From a virus (lineage: Duplodnaviria; Caudoviricetes), in the IMG/VR virus record IMGVR_UViG_3300028381_000007, positions 4,167-68,166 of that record: a stretch of 64,000 nt of DNA. One strand, given 5' to 3'. Shown here piece after piece: positions 24,987-34,907 of the stretch (the first letter of the stretch is position 1; every line of letters starts with the position of its first letter). A program made the position numbers and the translations under genes. The notes under the pieces are model-generated. The model was not told where the DNA came from. It ran no database searches and saw nothing but the letters and a program-made list of their open reading frames with translations.

Positions 24987-26366
24987 CTAATTCGTCTCCC
25001 AGGTGTCGGAGGTCTCCAGCACGAGCACGGGCGCCGAGCCGTTCGTCACCGCCTTGACGATGAGAAAGGACTTGCCGGCAAGGGCCCCGGTCCCCGCAAA
25101 GACATCGCCATCGCTGAACGAGGCGACGGAGGCATGCAGCAGGCTCCAGAGCCCACGGAGCCGACCGCGAATGTGCGCATTGCCGCCTGTCAGCTCGCTG
25201 ATCCAGACCGGCGCGATGTAGAGCCCGCTGTCCGGCCCATTGGGATACGGCACCAGGCCGGCGGCGGTCAGATCCACCGCCGTGCCGCCCTTCTTGGCAG
25301 CATCCGTTTGCTTCCCCAGCGCGATGGCCGTGCCAACCCCGGTATAGGCGCGCGCGGCGTACGCGCCCGCCACCGTGCCATTCGGCGGGGTCGTCAGCGC
25401 CAACGCGTCCGCGGAGGACGACGCGCTTGAGCTGTTGGTTGTCACGCGCCCCGAGATCGCCGTCCGAAACGCGTCACTGGTGACGAGCGAGAAGAAGTCG
25501 CCGCAGTGGTTCGCGAGATAGGTGTTGGTGTTGTCCGTGGTCAGCACGCCGAGGAACGCGATCGTCCGGTCATCCGCGAGCAGGAGCCAGCTCCGAGCGG
25601 TCGCATCGGCGGTGGCCGACTTGCGGAGCACCATGCCCTGCGCGAGCTGGGCCACCGTGGGGAAATCGCCCGTGGTGGTGCCGATCGCCGAGGCGCCCTC
25701 GCTCCACCGGTAGAGTGCCTCCTTCGTCGTCGCCGTCGATGGCGTGCCGGTGAGCCAGGTATTGCCGTCGTCCTGCACGCGGAAGTAGAACTGATTGCCT
25801 CCGCCCGGCTGATAGATTCGGATGTTGGCTGCGGAGAACGCCTCGGTCCAGCCGGTGAGCGACGCCGTGTTGACCAGCGGGTTCGTAGTCCACGTGCCCG
25901 CCGTGAAGCGCACGCGCACCCAGTAGCACGTGGTCCCGTTGACCGCCGTCGTCGCCCACGTGCCCGGGATGGTCCACGTGACGGAGCCGTTGACGGTGAG
26001 CTTCGTCGTGCCGTCGGTGACGGTCAAGGCCGTCCACGCCGAGCCATTCCAGTATTCCCAGGCCAGCGTGATCGTCGTGTTCTGCACGCCCGCCGTCCCG
26101 AAGACGAGCGCGAGCCGGTCGAACGGGCGCTGGAGGCCGAAGTACGCCTCGTCGACCGTGACCGTCGGTCCCGCAAACAGCTTGAACGCGGTGCCGCCCT
26201 GGAGCCGCGCCTCGGTCGTGTTGTCGACGAACGTCCCACCGCTGATCGCCCCGAACTGCTTCAGGATGCAGAGGCACCCGCTCAGCACGTTGATCATCGC
26301 GCCGGCGGAGCCCGAAAGGACGGGCGCGCCAGAGTCGGTATCGCGGAAGAGGATCGGGGAGGCCAT
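24987..26366 (-). CDS. tail fibre/tail-tip protein
   Basis: FRDTDSGAPVLSGSAGAMINVL N-terminus typical of siphovirus tail proteins; Thr/Gly-rich beta content. Confidence 0.7.
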   Translation of the reverse strand: MASPILFRDTDSGAPVLSGSAGAMINVLSGCLCILKQFGAISGGTFVDNTTEARLQGGTAFKLFAGPTVTVDEAYFGLQRPFDRLALVFGTAGVQNTTITLAWEYWNGSAWTALTVTDGTTKLTVNGSVTWTIPGTWATTAVNGTTCYWVRVRFTAGTWTTNPLVNTASLTGWTEAFSAANIRIYQPGGGNQFYFRVQDDGNTWLTGTPSTATTKEALYRWSEGASAIGTTTGDFPTVAQLAQGMVLRKSATADATARSWLLLADDRTIAFLGVLTTDNTNTYLANHCGDFFSLVTSDAFRTAISGRVTTNSSSASSSADALALTTPPNGTVAGAYAARAYTGVGTAIALGKQTDAAKKGGTAVDLTAAGLVPYPNGPDSGLYIAPVWISELTGGNAHIRGRLRGLWSLLHASVASFSDGDVFAGTGALAGKSFLIVKAVTNGSAPVLVLETSDTWETN

Positions 26367-27590
26367 CTATCCCACCTCGGGCGGCACGCGGTTCACGGCC
26401 CAGTCGTGAAGGAGCGGCGTGTACTTTGCCGCGAAGGCCTGGCCCTGCGGCGTGCTGAGGAGATTCGTCAGCTCCCCCGGATCGAGCCCCAGGTCATAGG
26501 CGCGCTTCGGCGTGCCGTACTGGTCGGTGTAGAAGCTGCCCATCGTCGGCGTGCCATCCGCGCGCAGCAGATCCGTCGCCATCGCATGGGGGGCGCCGAT
26601 CTTGTTCCACTGCCCGGGCTTCCACCGACGCCACTGCGCCGTTCCACCGGACTCGAGCAGCGCCCGCATCGAGAGGCCATCGATCAGCGGCGGGGCCGGC
26701 GACACCACCTCGTTGTAGTCCAAGATCGTGGGGTAGAAGTCGATGCAGCTCACGATCTTGTCACTCACGAACGGACCGAATGCCGCGGGGAAAGCCGCTA
26801 CGATCGGGGTCCCGCGCCCGTACTGGGTATCGCAATCCTTGCTGTTCTTGAGTGCAAAGCCGTTGTCAGACCACAACAGAATGAGGGTCTGATCCAGCAC
26901 CCCGAGGGAGATCAGGTGGTCTTCGATCTGCCCATAGACCTTGTCCACCCACGACACCATCCCATACCAGTTGCGCGCCCAGGCGACGTTCTCGTGACCG
27001 GCCAGCCACTCCGTGCTCCAGTCCATCGTGTCGTACAGCGCGCGACACTCCGCAAACCCGGGGAACGTCTGCGCCGGAAACGGGTAGTGGGGAATCCGAG
27101 GCGCCGCCGACGCGTAGCAGGACCGGCCCGCCGCCACCTCGGTTGTTAGAAAGTCGAGGAGCGGCTGCACGGACACGCGACCGAAGTAGTCCGCGGTGGC
27201 GCCGGCATCGTACTGATCCGTGAACCCACCGCCGCCGAGAACCGCCCCCTCCCAATACTTGCCGCACTTGATGCCGCGCTGACCACCCACGTCGCGCAGG
27301 ACGCGCGGCCACACCCACTCGGCGCTCAGGTCAAGGTTGTTCGTGCTGCCCGCATAGCTGTGGTCCAGCACCTCCTTGCCGGTCATCTCGCACTGCAGCG
27401 CGTCCATGCACTTCGGCGCCCCGGACTGCCCCCAATAGAACAGCGCGCCGCGCGACGCCAGCGCGTCCATCCGCGGCGTCAGCACCTTCGGATGCCCGAC
27501 CGGCGGCTGGCTCGCGTAGGGCGCCATGAAGCCGTAATACGGCCAGCCGTTGTCGTCGATGATGAACTCGAGCGTGACCTTGGGGATCAT
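26367..27590 (-). CDS. sulfatase / alkaline phosphatase superfamily hydrolase
   Basis: FIIDD, TPRMDALASRG, PHYPF, WSDNG, DFYPTILD, IDGLSM, YDLGLDPGELTNL; nucleophile region CMDAL lacks CxPxR. Confidence 0.85.
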   Translation of the reverse strand: MIPKVTLEFIIDDNGWPYYGFMAPYASQPPVGHPKVLTPRMDALASRGALFYWGQSGAPKCMDALQCEMTGKEVLDHSYAGSTNNLDLSAEWVWPRVLRDVGGQRGIKCGKYWEGAVLGGGGFTDQYDAGATADYFGRVSVQPLLDFLTTEVAAGRSCYASAAPRIPHYPFPAQTFPGFAECRALYDTMDWSTEWLAGHENVAWARNWYGMVSWVDKVYGQIEDHLISLGVLDQTLILLWSDNGFALKNSKDCDTQYGRGTPIVAAFPAAFGPFVSDKIVSCIDFYPTILDYNEVVSPAPPLIDGLSMRALLESGGTAQWRRWKPGQWNKIGAPHAMATDLLRADGTPTMGSFYTDQYGTPKRAYDLGLDPGELTNLLSTPQGQAFAAKYTPLLHDWAVNRVPPEVG

Positions 27591-28336
27591 GGCACCACCT
27601 CGATCGCGCCGAAGCGCTTGTTGCCGAGCGCCGTCGTGGCCGGCGCCACCACGCGCCCGACCCAGATGAAGGCATAGCGACCAACCGCGAGGGCCCCGAG
27701 CGTGACATCCGCCGTCCCGAGGGACGCCATGGCCGGCGGCGTCCCGTAGGTCGGTGCTGCGCCAGCCGTCGTATTCGTGGCTGGGGGCGCGCCGGCCGCC
27801 GGGCTCGAGCCATCGTCGATGAATTGCACGGTGCCCGCGCCGGCCAATGTCGCCTCGTTCGCGATGAGCGACGGCGTCGTATAGGTCCCCGGCGTGGTCG
27901 AGCGATACAACCGGTAGCCCGTCGCCCCGGTCACCTGCTGCCAGGCCCACGTAATGCGGGACGTAAGATCGCTGATGGTCGCCGTCGCCTCGACGGAGCG
28001 CACGGTCTGGCCCGTGGCATTGACCGCCACGACGACCGCTGCCTTGATGCCGAGACCGGGCCACACGCCCGAACTCGGGCCCGAGACCGTGCCCGACAAG
28101 CCCCACGGCGGCGACAGCGTGACCGGGTCGAACGCGAGGCGGAGCTGGGTCGCCCCATCGCTCGAGCCGACGACGGCAATCCGCGCGAGCGCGCCCGCGG
28201 CAAACGCCTCGTCGCCCCCATTCAGGATCCCGAATTTGACCGGCGTGTCGAGGGCCCCCGCCAGGAGCGCGGCCAGCTCCTCGCTCTGAATCAGCGTGGC
28301 GCCATCCGCATCGACAAAGGCCGCGACCTTCGTCAT
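27587..28336 (-). CDS. minor tail protein with FN3-like segment
   Basis: ITWAWQQVTGATGYRLYRSTTPGTY. Confidence 0.65.
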   Translation of the reverse strand: MTKVAAFVDADGATLIQSEELAALLAGALDTPVKFGILNGGDEAFAAGALARIAVVGSSDGATQLRLAFDPVTLSPPWGLSGTVSGPSSGVWPGLGIKAAVVVAVNATGQTVRSVEATATISDLTSRITWAWQQVTGATGYRLYRSTTPGTYTTPSLIANEATLAGAGTVQFIDDGSSPAAGAPPATNTTAGAAPTYGTPPAMASLGTADVTLGALAVGRYAFIWVGRVVAPATTALGNKRFGAIEVVP

Positions 28337-28339
28337 GCG

Positions 28340-28774
28340 CTAATCCCCCGTGTACGGCTGCCCGAGGTAGAGGGCCATCGTCAGGACGCGCAGGTCCAGC
28401 GTGCCGTAGTAGAGATCGGGCTGGCCGAAGATCCGGCGCTCCTCGAAGCCGACCAGCTCAACGGTCCAGTCATTGCCCTCCCCGTCCTGGAGCCGATAGG
28501 CGGAGCTGGCCTGCCCCTCCCACGTCTTGAGCTGCTGCACCGCCGTCTTGTTCAACGGCTGCGATGTGCTCCAGCTCAGGCGCAGCGTGCAGTCGCGCGC
28601 GAACCGGCCGAAGTCCTGCGTGGTCAGCGTCCCCTCGAGGCCGGGGTGCTCACTGCGCCGCTTCGGCCATGTGCGCGCATAGCCGTCGGGGTCGGTCGTG
28701 ACCGTCAAGGCGCCGGGCAAGGGGTTCGCCCCGATCGGGGTCAACACGATCGTGCCGTAGCTCGGTATGGTCAC
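28340..28774 (-). CDS. distal tail (Dit-like) protein
   Basis: GTGA-coupled directly after the tape measure gene; 144 aa beta-rich. Confidence 0.6.
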   Translation of the reverse strand: MTIPSYGTIVLTPIGANPLPGALTVTTDPDGYARTWPKRRSEHPGLEGTLTTQDFGRFARDCTLRLSWSTSQPLNKTAVQQLKTWEGQASSAYRLQDGEGNDWTVELVGFEERRIFGQPDLYYGTLDLRVLTMALYLGQPYTGD

Positions 28775-31488
28775 GAGCGATTGGCCTCGGCGTCGAGCGC
28801 GCCGACAATGCGGTTGATGAGGCCCTCGTAAATCGAGTCCCCAATGCGAGAGTTGCCCGCGTCGATCTTCGCCTGCAGCTGGCCATAGAAGCTGTCCACC
28901 GCCGAGAGCGACCCGTCGAGCCCGCGCGTGAGTCCGTCCCGGAACCCGCGTGAGGCCGCGGCGCCCGCGTCGTTGAAGCTCACCTCGACCCGGTCCGTCG
29001 CCACGTCGATCCGATTGAGCTGGTTGACGATGTTCCCCGTCGCGGTGTTCACGGACGCATCGACGCCGCGCGCCGCGCCACCGATGCCCGTGAGCGAGCT
29101 GGCCGCATCCGCCGCCGTCCGGGGCACGCCGGCCAGCGCATCCCGCGCGAGCGTGAAGTCGGTCTTGATCGCATCCCCAGCGGTCTGCCCGGAGGCCGTG
29201 AGGGCCGCAAAGCTCGCCGACAAGTCCAGGGCCTTCTTCAGCTCGCCCGCATTGACCGTGTTGCCCTTGAGAAACTCCGTCAGCGTCGCCAGGGCCGCAG
29301 CGCGACTCGTGGCCGACTGGGCCGTGATGGAGGCGAGGCTCACCTCCTCCTGGCCTTGCGCCTTGAGCGCATCGATCGCCTGCGTCGAGAACTGGCGCCC
29401 GACCGCGGCGACCTGGGTCTGGAGCTGCATGACGGCTGTCGCCCATTGCGTCTCCGCAGCAATGCGCGCGGTCGAGCCCTCGACATAGGAATCGGCAATG
29501 GTCCGCGCATGGGCCACGGCATCGGCGGCGTTCGTGAGCCCCAAGGCCTGCGACAGATCAAAGGTCGCCTGCTCGAGCGCGCGCCGCTGTCCCGCGGCCT
29601 CCACCGCGTAGCCGATCCGCTGGTCGACCGACAGCTTTTCGTTCGTGCTCTGCTGATCGAGGAACCCGATCTGCTGGGCGGCACTCACCTGGCCGAGGCT
29701 GGCGAGCTGCTGGTAATAGCCTGCGGCCTTCGCAATGAGCTGGCCGTACATGGCGAAGGCCTGTTCCTGGAATTGGAGCCGCTGCTGGTCGGACAGATTC
29801 TCGTCCCGCCCCTTGGCGACGAGCAGCGCCAAATGGCGCCCATAGTCGGCCTGGTCGAGCGCCGCCAGGTGCTGGTAATAGCTCGCGGCGTCTGATGCCG
29901 CGCGGGCGTTCGCCGCGCGCCGCTCCTCGGTAACCTTGGTCGCATCGTCGGCCAGGGCGACCGCCGTCCGTCCGGAGATGGCCTGGACATCCGCCGCATA
30001 CTTCGCCTCGGCCGCGGTGAGGGCGTTGAGCGCCGCGCGCCGCCCTTCAGGGCCCGCATTCGGGTCGTTGATGGTGACGGTCTGTCGCGCACGCTCCGCC
30101 TCGAGCACGCGCGTGAGCGTGGCGATCTCGAGCGCGGCCGTCTCCTCGATGCTCGCCCGCCGCTTCTGCTGATACGCCGCCAGGCCGGCCTCGGACTCGC
30201 CGAAGAACTGCGCGTCGGCCGCGGCCGCCTTGTGGGCCGCCTCCACGAGGGCCGCGCCCGTCTTCGCGGCGTCGAGCTGGGCGGCGCCTTGAATGCCGGC
30301 CATCCGGCCCTGCTGCTCGTAGACTGCCACCAGGGCCGCCGTGACGGCCTTCGCCGCGGTCATCTCCTGGGCGGCCGCGGCCGCGGCGGCCTTCTCGCGG
30401 ATCGAGCCGGCCACAATCGCCGCGTCCGCTACCGTCTGCTGGGCCCGCACCTTGAGCTGCTTGGCCTCCTCCTCATCCGTCGTCTCACGCGACAGTCTCA
30501 GGAAGACGGCGGCGGCCAGCTTGCCCTCGTCCACCACCCGCTGGGCATTTATCTCACCCATGCGGAGGATGCCATCGGCCTCCCGGGCGTAGAGCGGGAG
30601 GAGCTGCTCCAGCGTGGCCACCCGCTGCCGCTCGATACCGAGGGTCGCGGCTTGCCCCTCGAGCGCGGCCTTTTCTGCGTTGAGCGCCGACGTCGTCGCG
30701 GCGAGCTTGCCGAGGTAGCCTGTATTCAGCTCGATCGCCTCGCGGACCTTTTGATTCGTGGTCCCCATCACCCCGTCCACGGTCACCATGACGCCGGCGA
30801 TGAGCCGCTGCGCGAGGGAGACGTGCTCGATATGGCCCGCCCAGATCTCGTAGTTCGTGGCGGTATCGGAGACCGCGCGGTCCGCGGCGGCGAGCGCGGC
30901 CCTGGAGGCGTTGACGTCCTCCGTGAGCTTGGCGAACTCCGCGGCCTGCAGCGCCTTGTTCAATTCGAGCTGCTGGCCGACGTAGATCCCAGCGACGACG
31001 GCGAGCGCCCCCATCCCGAGGGCGAGCCCGGTGCTCAGGGCGGAGGAGCCGCCGAACTCCCGGCCGAGGAGCTGCACCTCGCGCGAACCGATGCGCAGGC
31101 CGGGGACAGCTTCGCTCAGCAGGGCGACGGCGAGGGAACGGAGGGCCTTGGCATGCTCCAACGTTTCCTTGCCCGAGCTGGCGTGCCCCAGCTCCAGCTT
31201 TTTCAGCTCGGGGACGAGATCCTTCGTCGGGATGACGGCGCCGCGGACCGCATCGGCGGCCGCCTTGGTGGCACCGGCGGTCCGCGTTTCCGCCTCGCCC
31301 ACCGTACTGACCGCACGCCCGTACTGGTCGACAATACCGGCGGCGCTCGTGGCCGCGGCGCCCTGCGAGGAGATTTCGCTCGTCAGCTGGCGCGAGGAAG
31401 CGAGCACCTGGGCCTTCGTCGCCTGGTAGCCGGAGTCCTCGCCGACGAATCGGACAACCGCTTGGGCAAGTTCCTGACCTTCAGCCAC
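28771..31488 (-). CDS. tape measure protein
   Basis: 905 aa, Ala/Gln-rich helical, hydrophobic segments, follows tail chaperones. Confidence 0.9.
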   Translation of the reverse strand: MAEGQELAQAVVRFVGEDSGYQATKAQVLASSRQLTSEISSQGAAATSAAGIVDQYGRAVSTVGEAETRTAGATKAAADAVRGAVIPTKDLVPELKKLELGHASSGKETLEHAKALRSLAVALLSEAVPGLRIGSREVQLLGREFGGSSALSTGLALGMGALAVVAGIYVGQQLELNKALQAAEFAKLTEDVNASRAALAAADRAVSDTATNYEIWAGHIEHVSLAQRLIAGVMVTVDGVMGTTNQKVREAIELNTGYLGKLAATTSALNAEKAALEGQAATLGIERQRVATLEQLLPLYAREADGILRMGEINAQRVVDEGKLAAAVFLRLSRETTDEEEAKQLKVRAQQTVADAAIVAGSIREKAAAAAAAQEMTAAKAVTAALVAVYEQQGRMAGIQGAAQLDAAKTGAALVEAAHKAAAADAQFFGESEAGLAAYQQKRRASIEETAALEIATLTRVLEAERARQTVTINDPNAGPEGRRAALNALTAAEAKYAADVQAISGRTAVALADDATKVTEERRAANARAASDAASYYQHLAALDQADYGRHLALLVAKGRDENLSDQQRLQFQEQAFAMYGQLIAKAAGYYQQLASLGQVSAAQQIGFLDQQSTNEKLSVDQRIGYAVEAAGQRRALEQATFDLSQALGLTNAADAVAHARTIADSYVEGSTARIAAETQWATAVMQLQTQVAAVGRQFSTQAIDALKAQGQEEVSLASITAQSATSRAAALATLTEFLKGNTVNAGELKKALDLSASFAALTASGQTAGDAIKTDFTLARDALAGVPRTAADAASSLTGIGGAARGVDASVNTATGNIVNQLNRIDVATDRVEVSFNDAGAAASRGFRDGLTRGLDGSLSAVDSFYGQLQAKIDAGNSRIGDSIYEGLINRIVGALDAEANRS

Positions 31489-31873
31489 CGGGGATCCCCT
31501 TCCCGTGCTCGCGAAGCCAGGCCGCGGCCTCGTGTTCCTTCACGATGCGCACGCCGGGCTCGAACCGCGGCGCGCCCGGGGGCGGCATCGGCTCATCCCG
31601 CGAGATCGTGGCCCAGAGCTGCAGCCGCCGCTGCTGCGCGTCCTCCGGCAGGTGCACGAAGCCAGCGGTCATCGCCTCGTCCGGTCGCGCCCGCGCGATG
31701 TTGCGCTGGTGCGCCTCTGTCATCGCCGTGAGAAAGCGCGAGGTGTAGCCGATGCAGGTCTCCCAGTCCCAGCCGAACGCGGCCGCCGCGTCCGCCTCTA
31801 GGTCGAAGAGGCCGAGACCGTCGAGCTGTCTTCCGGCGCCGTATGCGCTGGCGGCGCCGGAATCGTAGGGTTT
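31481..31873 (-). CDS. tail assembly chaperone C-terminal extension (gpT-like, -1 frame)
   Basis: Open -1 frame overlapping the end of the G-like gene and ending at the tape measure start. Confidence 0.65.
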   Translation of the reverse strand, partial: KPYDSGAASAYGAGRQLDGLGLFDLEADAAAAFGWDWETCIGYTSRFLTAMTEAHQRNIARARPDEAMTAGFVHLPEDAQQRRLQLWATISRDEPMPPPGAPRFEPGVRIVKEHEAAAWLREHGKGIPGG

Positions 31874-32310
31874 GCGTCCGACAACTTCTCCTTCATCGCC
31901 CACAGCTCCCGGAGCGCGGGGCAGTCAGGGTGCTCGCACGCCTCCTCGCAGGGGACCGGATAAGGCCGGAGCAGGGCGGCGAGCGATTGCACGAGCGGCG
32001 GCGGGCCCGCGTCCAGGCAGGCGGCATGGAAGTCGACCTTCTCGCGAAACGTCATTTCGTCGACGATGTCGGCCGGCATGGTCGGGCAGAGCATCTTGAT
32101 CTGCGCCGTCAGCCGGTCGCCCTGCGCGAGGATCCCGTTGTCTTCGCCCGTCGCGGGGTTGTCGAGCGCCAGGAGCTCATGCAGTGCCTTTCGCTTGAGG
32201 TCCACCACGCTGAGGATGGGATAGGCGACGGGTGGGTCGCCATGGAGGACAACGCCGCGCGGCTCCGGTCGGAGCACACGCAGATCGCGCAGGACGCGAG
32301 GTTCGGCCAT
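31798..32310 (-). CDS. tail assembly chaperone (gpG-like)
   Basis: Between tail tube and tape measure genes; NPT followed by an S/T/P-rich tail. Confidence 0.75.
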   Translation of the reverse strand: MAEPRVLRDLRVLRPEPRGVVLHGDPPVAYPILSVVDLKRKALHELLALDNPATGEDNGILAQGDRLTAQIKMLCPTMPADIVDEMTFREKVDFHAACLDAGPPPLVQSLAALLRPYPVPCEEACEHPDCPALRELWAMKEKLSDANPTIPAPPAHTAPEDSSTVSASST

Positions 32311-32313
32311 GGG

Positions 32314-33192
32314 TTAGGCGATCGCGCCGACGCTGCCCCAGACCTTCGTCGCGTCGTTCGGCCAGACGTAGAACGAGATGACGATGAGCCGCTGCTGGGT
32401 CGGATGGAACGGGATCTTCACCTGACTCGGCCCCGGCGACGCCTCCGGGAAGATGAAGATATCGTTCGGGTCCGTGGAGGGCACGGCGCCCTTGATCTTG
32501 ACGATCCGCAACTCCTTCGCGAGGCTGCGGAGCGACAGCCCCGTCTGGTTCGTGAACGACAGGAGGCCCGTGCCCACGTTCGCGGCCATAGTTGCGGCGC
32601 CGAAGGTCAGCGTGACCGCGACCTTGGTCGTGGCAATGGCCGCCGTCGTCGCGATGCGCGTCAGCGTGACCACCGTGGAGGATGTCAGCACCGCCGAAAC
32701 CGAGGGATGCGCGGCCGCGACATAGTAGTCCACGCCAATAACACCGCCCGACCGGTTGATGGCGTTCACGAGGTTCTGCAATGAGGCCGCCGCGGTCGCG
32801 CCGATGAGGACCTCGCCCTCCGTCGTCGGTGAGGTGAGGGCCGTCGCGCGGAAGGTGTAGGTCTTGGTGCCAATCGTGACCGTATCCGCCGCCGTCACCT
32901 GCACCCCGCTGGACGTCAGCACGCCCGTCGCCGGGAGGCCCGTGAGCGCGGAATTGGCCAGGCCCTTGGCGAACTTCGTCACGGAGATCTCCGCGAGCGG
33001 GACCTCGATCATCACCTTGCCGCCCGAGATGATCGCATCGAGCGGCGTGTCGCCGGCCTGCGCGCCCTTGAGCTCGGTGACGCTTGTATCGATATTCAGC
33101 ACGAGCCCGTCCCCGAGATAGCCGAGGCTGATCCCGTCAAAGAGCACATTGGCCGGGCCGGCCTCGAGCTTGGTCCTGTCGACGTCTGCCAT
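32314..33192 (-). CDS. major tail tube protein with inserted domain
   Basis: LEAGPANVLFDGISLGY...VPLAE; inserted DTVTIGTKTYTF...SLQNLVNAIN domain. Confidence 0.8.
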   Translation of the reverse strand: MADVDRTKLEAGPANVLFDGISLGYLGDGLVLNIDTSVTELKGAQAGDTPLDAIISGGKVMIEVPLAEISVTKFAKGLANSALTGLPATGVLTSSGVQVTAADTVTIGTKTYTFRATALTSPTTEGEVLIGATAAASLQNLVNAINRSGGVIGVDYYVAAAHPSVSAVLTSSTVVTLTRIATTAAIATTKVAVTLTFGAATMAANVGTGLLSFTNQTGLSLRSLAKELRIVKIKGAVPSTDPNDIFIFPEASPGPSQVKIPFHPTQQRLIVISFYVWPNDATKVWGSVGAIA

Positions 33193-33204
33193 GGATGCGT
33201 CCTC

Positions 33205-33636
33205 CTATTCCGGGTTGCCAGGCGTACTGCGTGCCCGATCAAGTTCTGGAAGCCAGACCGGACGCGGCAACATGCGCGACGTCCCCAGCTCGAGCGCCAG
33301 CAGATAACGCGCGGCGGCGGGGCTCGTCACGCCCACGTCGACGGCGCGGCTCGTGCCCTCACCCTGGCCCACCGTCGCGATCGCCTCGACCAGCTCGCGC
33401 GTGTCCGGCGCCGGCGGCTCTCCTGGGGCGCTCGCCCGGTGGTACCCCCCGCCCTGCCGGCCGCCCTCGACGCTCACCGAGCCGCTCTGATAGGCGCGGC
33501 CCGACGCGGGACTGTTCTCCATCGCCATCCGAACGCGGGTCGCATAGCCCTCCGCGTAGCGATCGACGAGCGGCCCAGCCTGGTCGGCGAGCCAGGGATC
33601 GAACCCCGGGTTGGCGGTGAACTCGACGGTGGGCAA
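33205..33636 (-). CDS. HK97 gp10-like tail completion protein
   Basis: HRASAPGEPPAPDT, LELGTSRMLPRP. Confidence 0.85.
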   Translation of the reverse strand: MPTVEFTANPGFDPWLADQAGPLVDRYAEGYATRVRMAMENSPASGRAYQSGSVSVEGGRQGGGYHRASAPGEPPAPDTRELVEAIATVGQGEGTSRAVDVGVTSPAAARYLLALELGTSRMLPRPVWLPELDRARSTPGNPE

Positions 33637-34068
33637 CTAGGCCCCCTGCAGGGCGAAGGACACGAGCGCAAAGCGGAGCGTCTTGCGCACGATCGTCGGG
33701 TCCACGTCGAGCGTGTCGCGGCTCTCCATCACGCTCAGCACGGCCAGAACGACCTCGCCCCCCGGCGCCGTCAGGGGCGCGAGGCCGGCGAAGGCCGCCT
33801 CACCCTGATCGAGGAGCGTGACGACCCGAGCGGCGATCGCCTCGGCCGCATCGAGATCCCGCGCCCAGACGTCGACCATGAGGGACGAGTCCAAGCGCGG
33901 CAGATTGGACGGATAGAACGTCGAGTCGTAGTAGGTCACGCTCGGCACCTGCACACCCGTCTGGACGAAACGGTGGTACACGTGCGTGCCGCCCAGGAGT
34001 GCCACCAGGGGCGCGTCCGACACGAGCCGGAGCCGCACCGCCGTCCGGAGCGCGGTCAGCGTCACCAT
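33637..34068 (-). CDS. tail terminator (DUF3168-like)
   Basis: RLVSDAPLVALLGG...PSVTY...VDVWARDL; TGATG coupling. Confidence 0.8.
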   Translation of the reverse strand: MVTLTALRTAVRLRLVSDAPLVALLGGTHVYHRFVQTGVQVPSVTYYDSTFYPSNLPRLDSSLMVDVWARDLDAAEAIAARVVTLLDQGEAAFAGLAPLTAPGGEVVLAVLSVMESRDTLDVDPTIVRKTLRFALVSFALQGA

Positions 34069-34448
34069 CACACGACCCCCGCCGCGAGCATGGGCTCGAC
34101 GGCGACCCGGTCCAGCTCCACCGAGAGGTGGCTGGGCCCGATGTCGTCGTGCACCACGCGACTGAACGTCACGAGGTAGGTCACGCCATCCACCACCAGG
34201 CGGTCCTGAACCAGCACGGGCGCGTCCAGCAGGAACATCCCGCGGGGGCTCGAGGTGACCCGCAGGCCGGCCTCGCGCTGGTCCGAGCGGCCGCCCGCGT
34301 TCGAGAGATAGATCCGGCACGGGACGGCGCTCGCGAACGGGACGTAGTCCCGGCGCGTGACGCCCGTCCCTGAGACCGGCACGCTCACCACGCGCAGGAC
34401 GTCGGCGCTCTGCACCAGCAGATCCGCGACCTCGTCGCCGACGCTCAT
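34068..34448 (-). CDS. head closure / head-tail adaptor protein
   Basis: Neck position; VLVQDRLVVDGVTYLV. Confidence 0.75.
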   Translation of the reverse strand: MSVGDEVADLLVQSADVLRVVSVPVSGTGVTRRDYVPFASAVPCRIYLSNAGGRSDQREAGLRVTSSPRGMFLLDAPVLVQDRLVVDGVTYLVTFSRVVHDDIGPSHLSVELDRVAVEPMLAAGVV

Positions 34449-34903
34449 GGCGTGCCGCTCACCAGCGCATCGATCACGCCCGCCCCGTCTTGCGGGCCGG
34501 CGTGCGGGTTGTCGAAGCTGCCGAGATGTACGGGCAGCCGCGGCCAGTCGGGGTTCTGGCGCAGCACCTCGATATCCGCTCGGGAGATCCCGCCGGCCGT
34601 GGGAATCTGGTTGGTCAACGACCGCGCTCGGAACCGAAACGAGGTGATGAGCTGGCTGATCTCCTGGGGCGAGAGATACGTCACGCTCACATCGCCCACG
34701 GTGCGCGAGCGATAGCGCATGGCGGCGCCCGCCGCGACTTCGAAGGCGGTCGCCGCCGCGAGCCAGACGTTGCCGCCCTCCTGTGCGAGCAGGAAGGCGA
34801 TCTCCGTGTCCTGCACGAGCGGCCGCGCCGCGTTCGTATCCTGGATCAGGAAGCGCACCTGATCCTTGGGCTGCGCCAGGTCCTCGTTGTACGTCCAGGG
34901 CAT
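34445..34903 (-). CDS. head-tail connector protein
   Basis: MPWTY...DQVRFLIQDT...DTEIAFLL...VGDVSVTY. Confidence 0.8.
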   Translation of the reverse strand: MPWTYNEDLAQPKDQVRFLIQDTNAARPLVQDTEIAFLLAQEGGNVWLAAATAFEVAAGAAMRYRSRTVGDVSVTYLSPQEISQLITSFRFRARSLTNQIPTAGGISRADIEVLRQNPDWPRLPVHLGSFDNPHAGPQDGAGVIDALVSGTP

Positions 34904-34907
34904 CGCG

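Noticed and set aside
22502-25057. Long plus-strand ORFs (also 34-930, 13118-14743, 15894-17903, 25506-27149, 53785-55281)
   Set aside because: Antisense shadows of well-supported minus-strand genes; Arg/Gly-rich with no motifs, expected at ~70% GC.
15954-33192. Contractile tail / tailocin
   Set aside because: No sheath or baseplate wedge (gpJ/gp25-like) motifs recognised.
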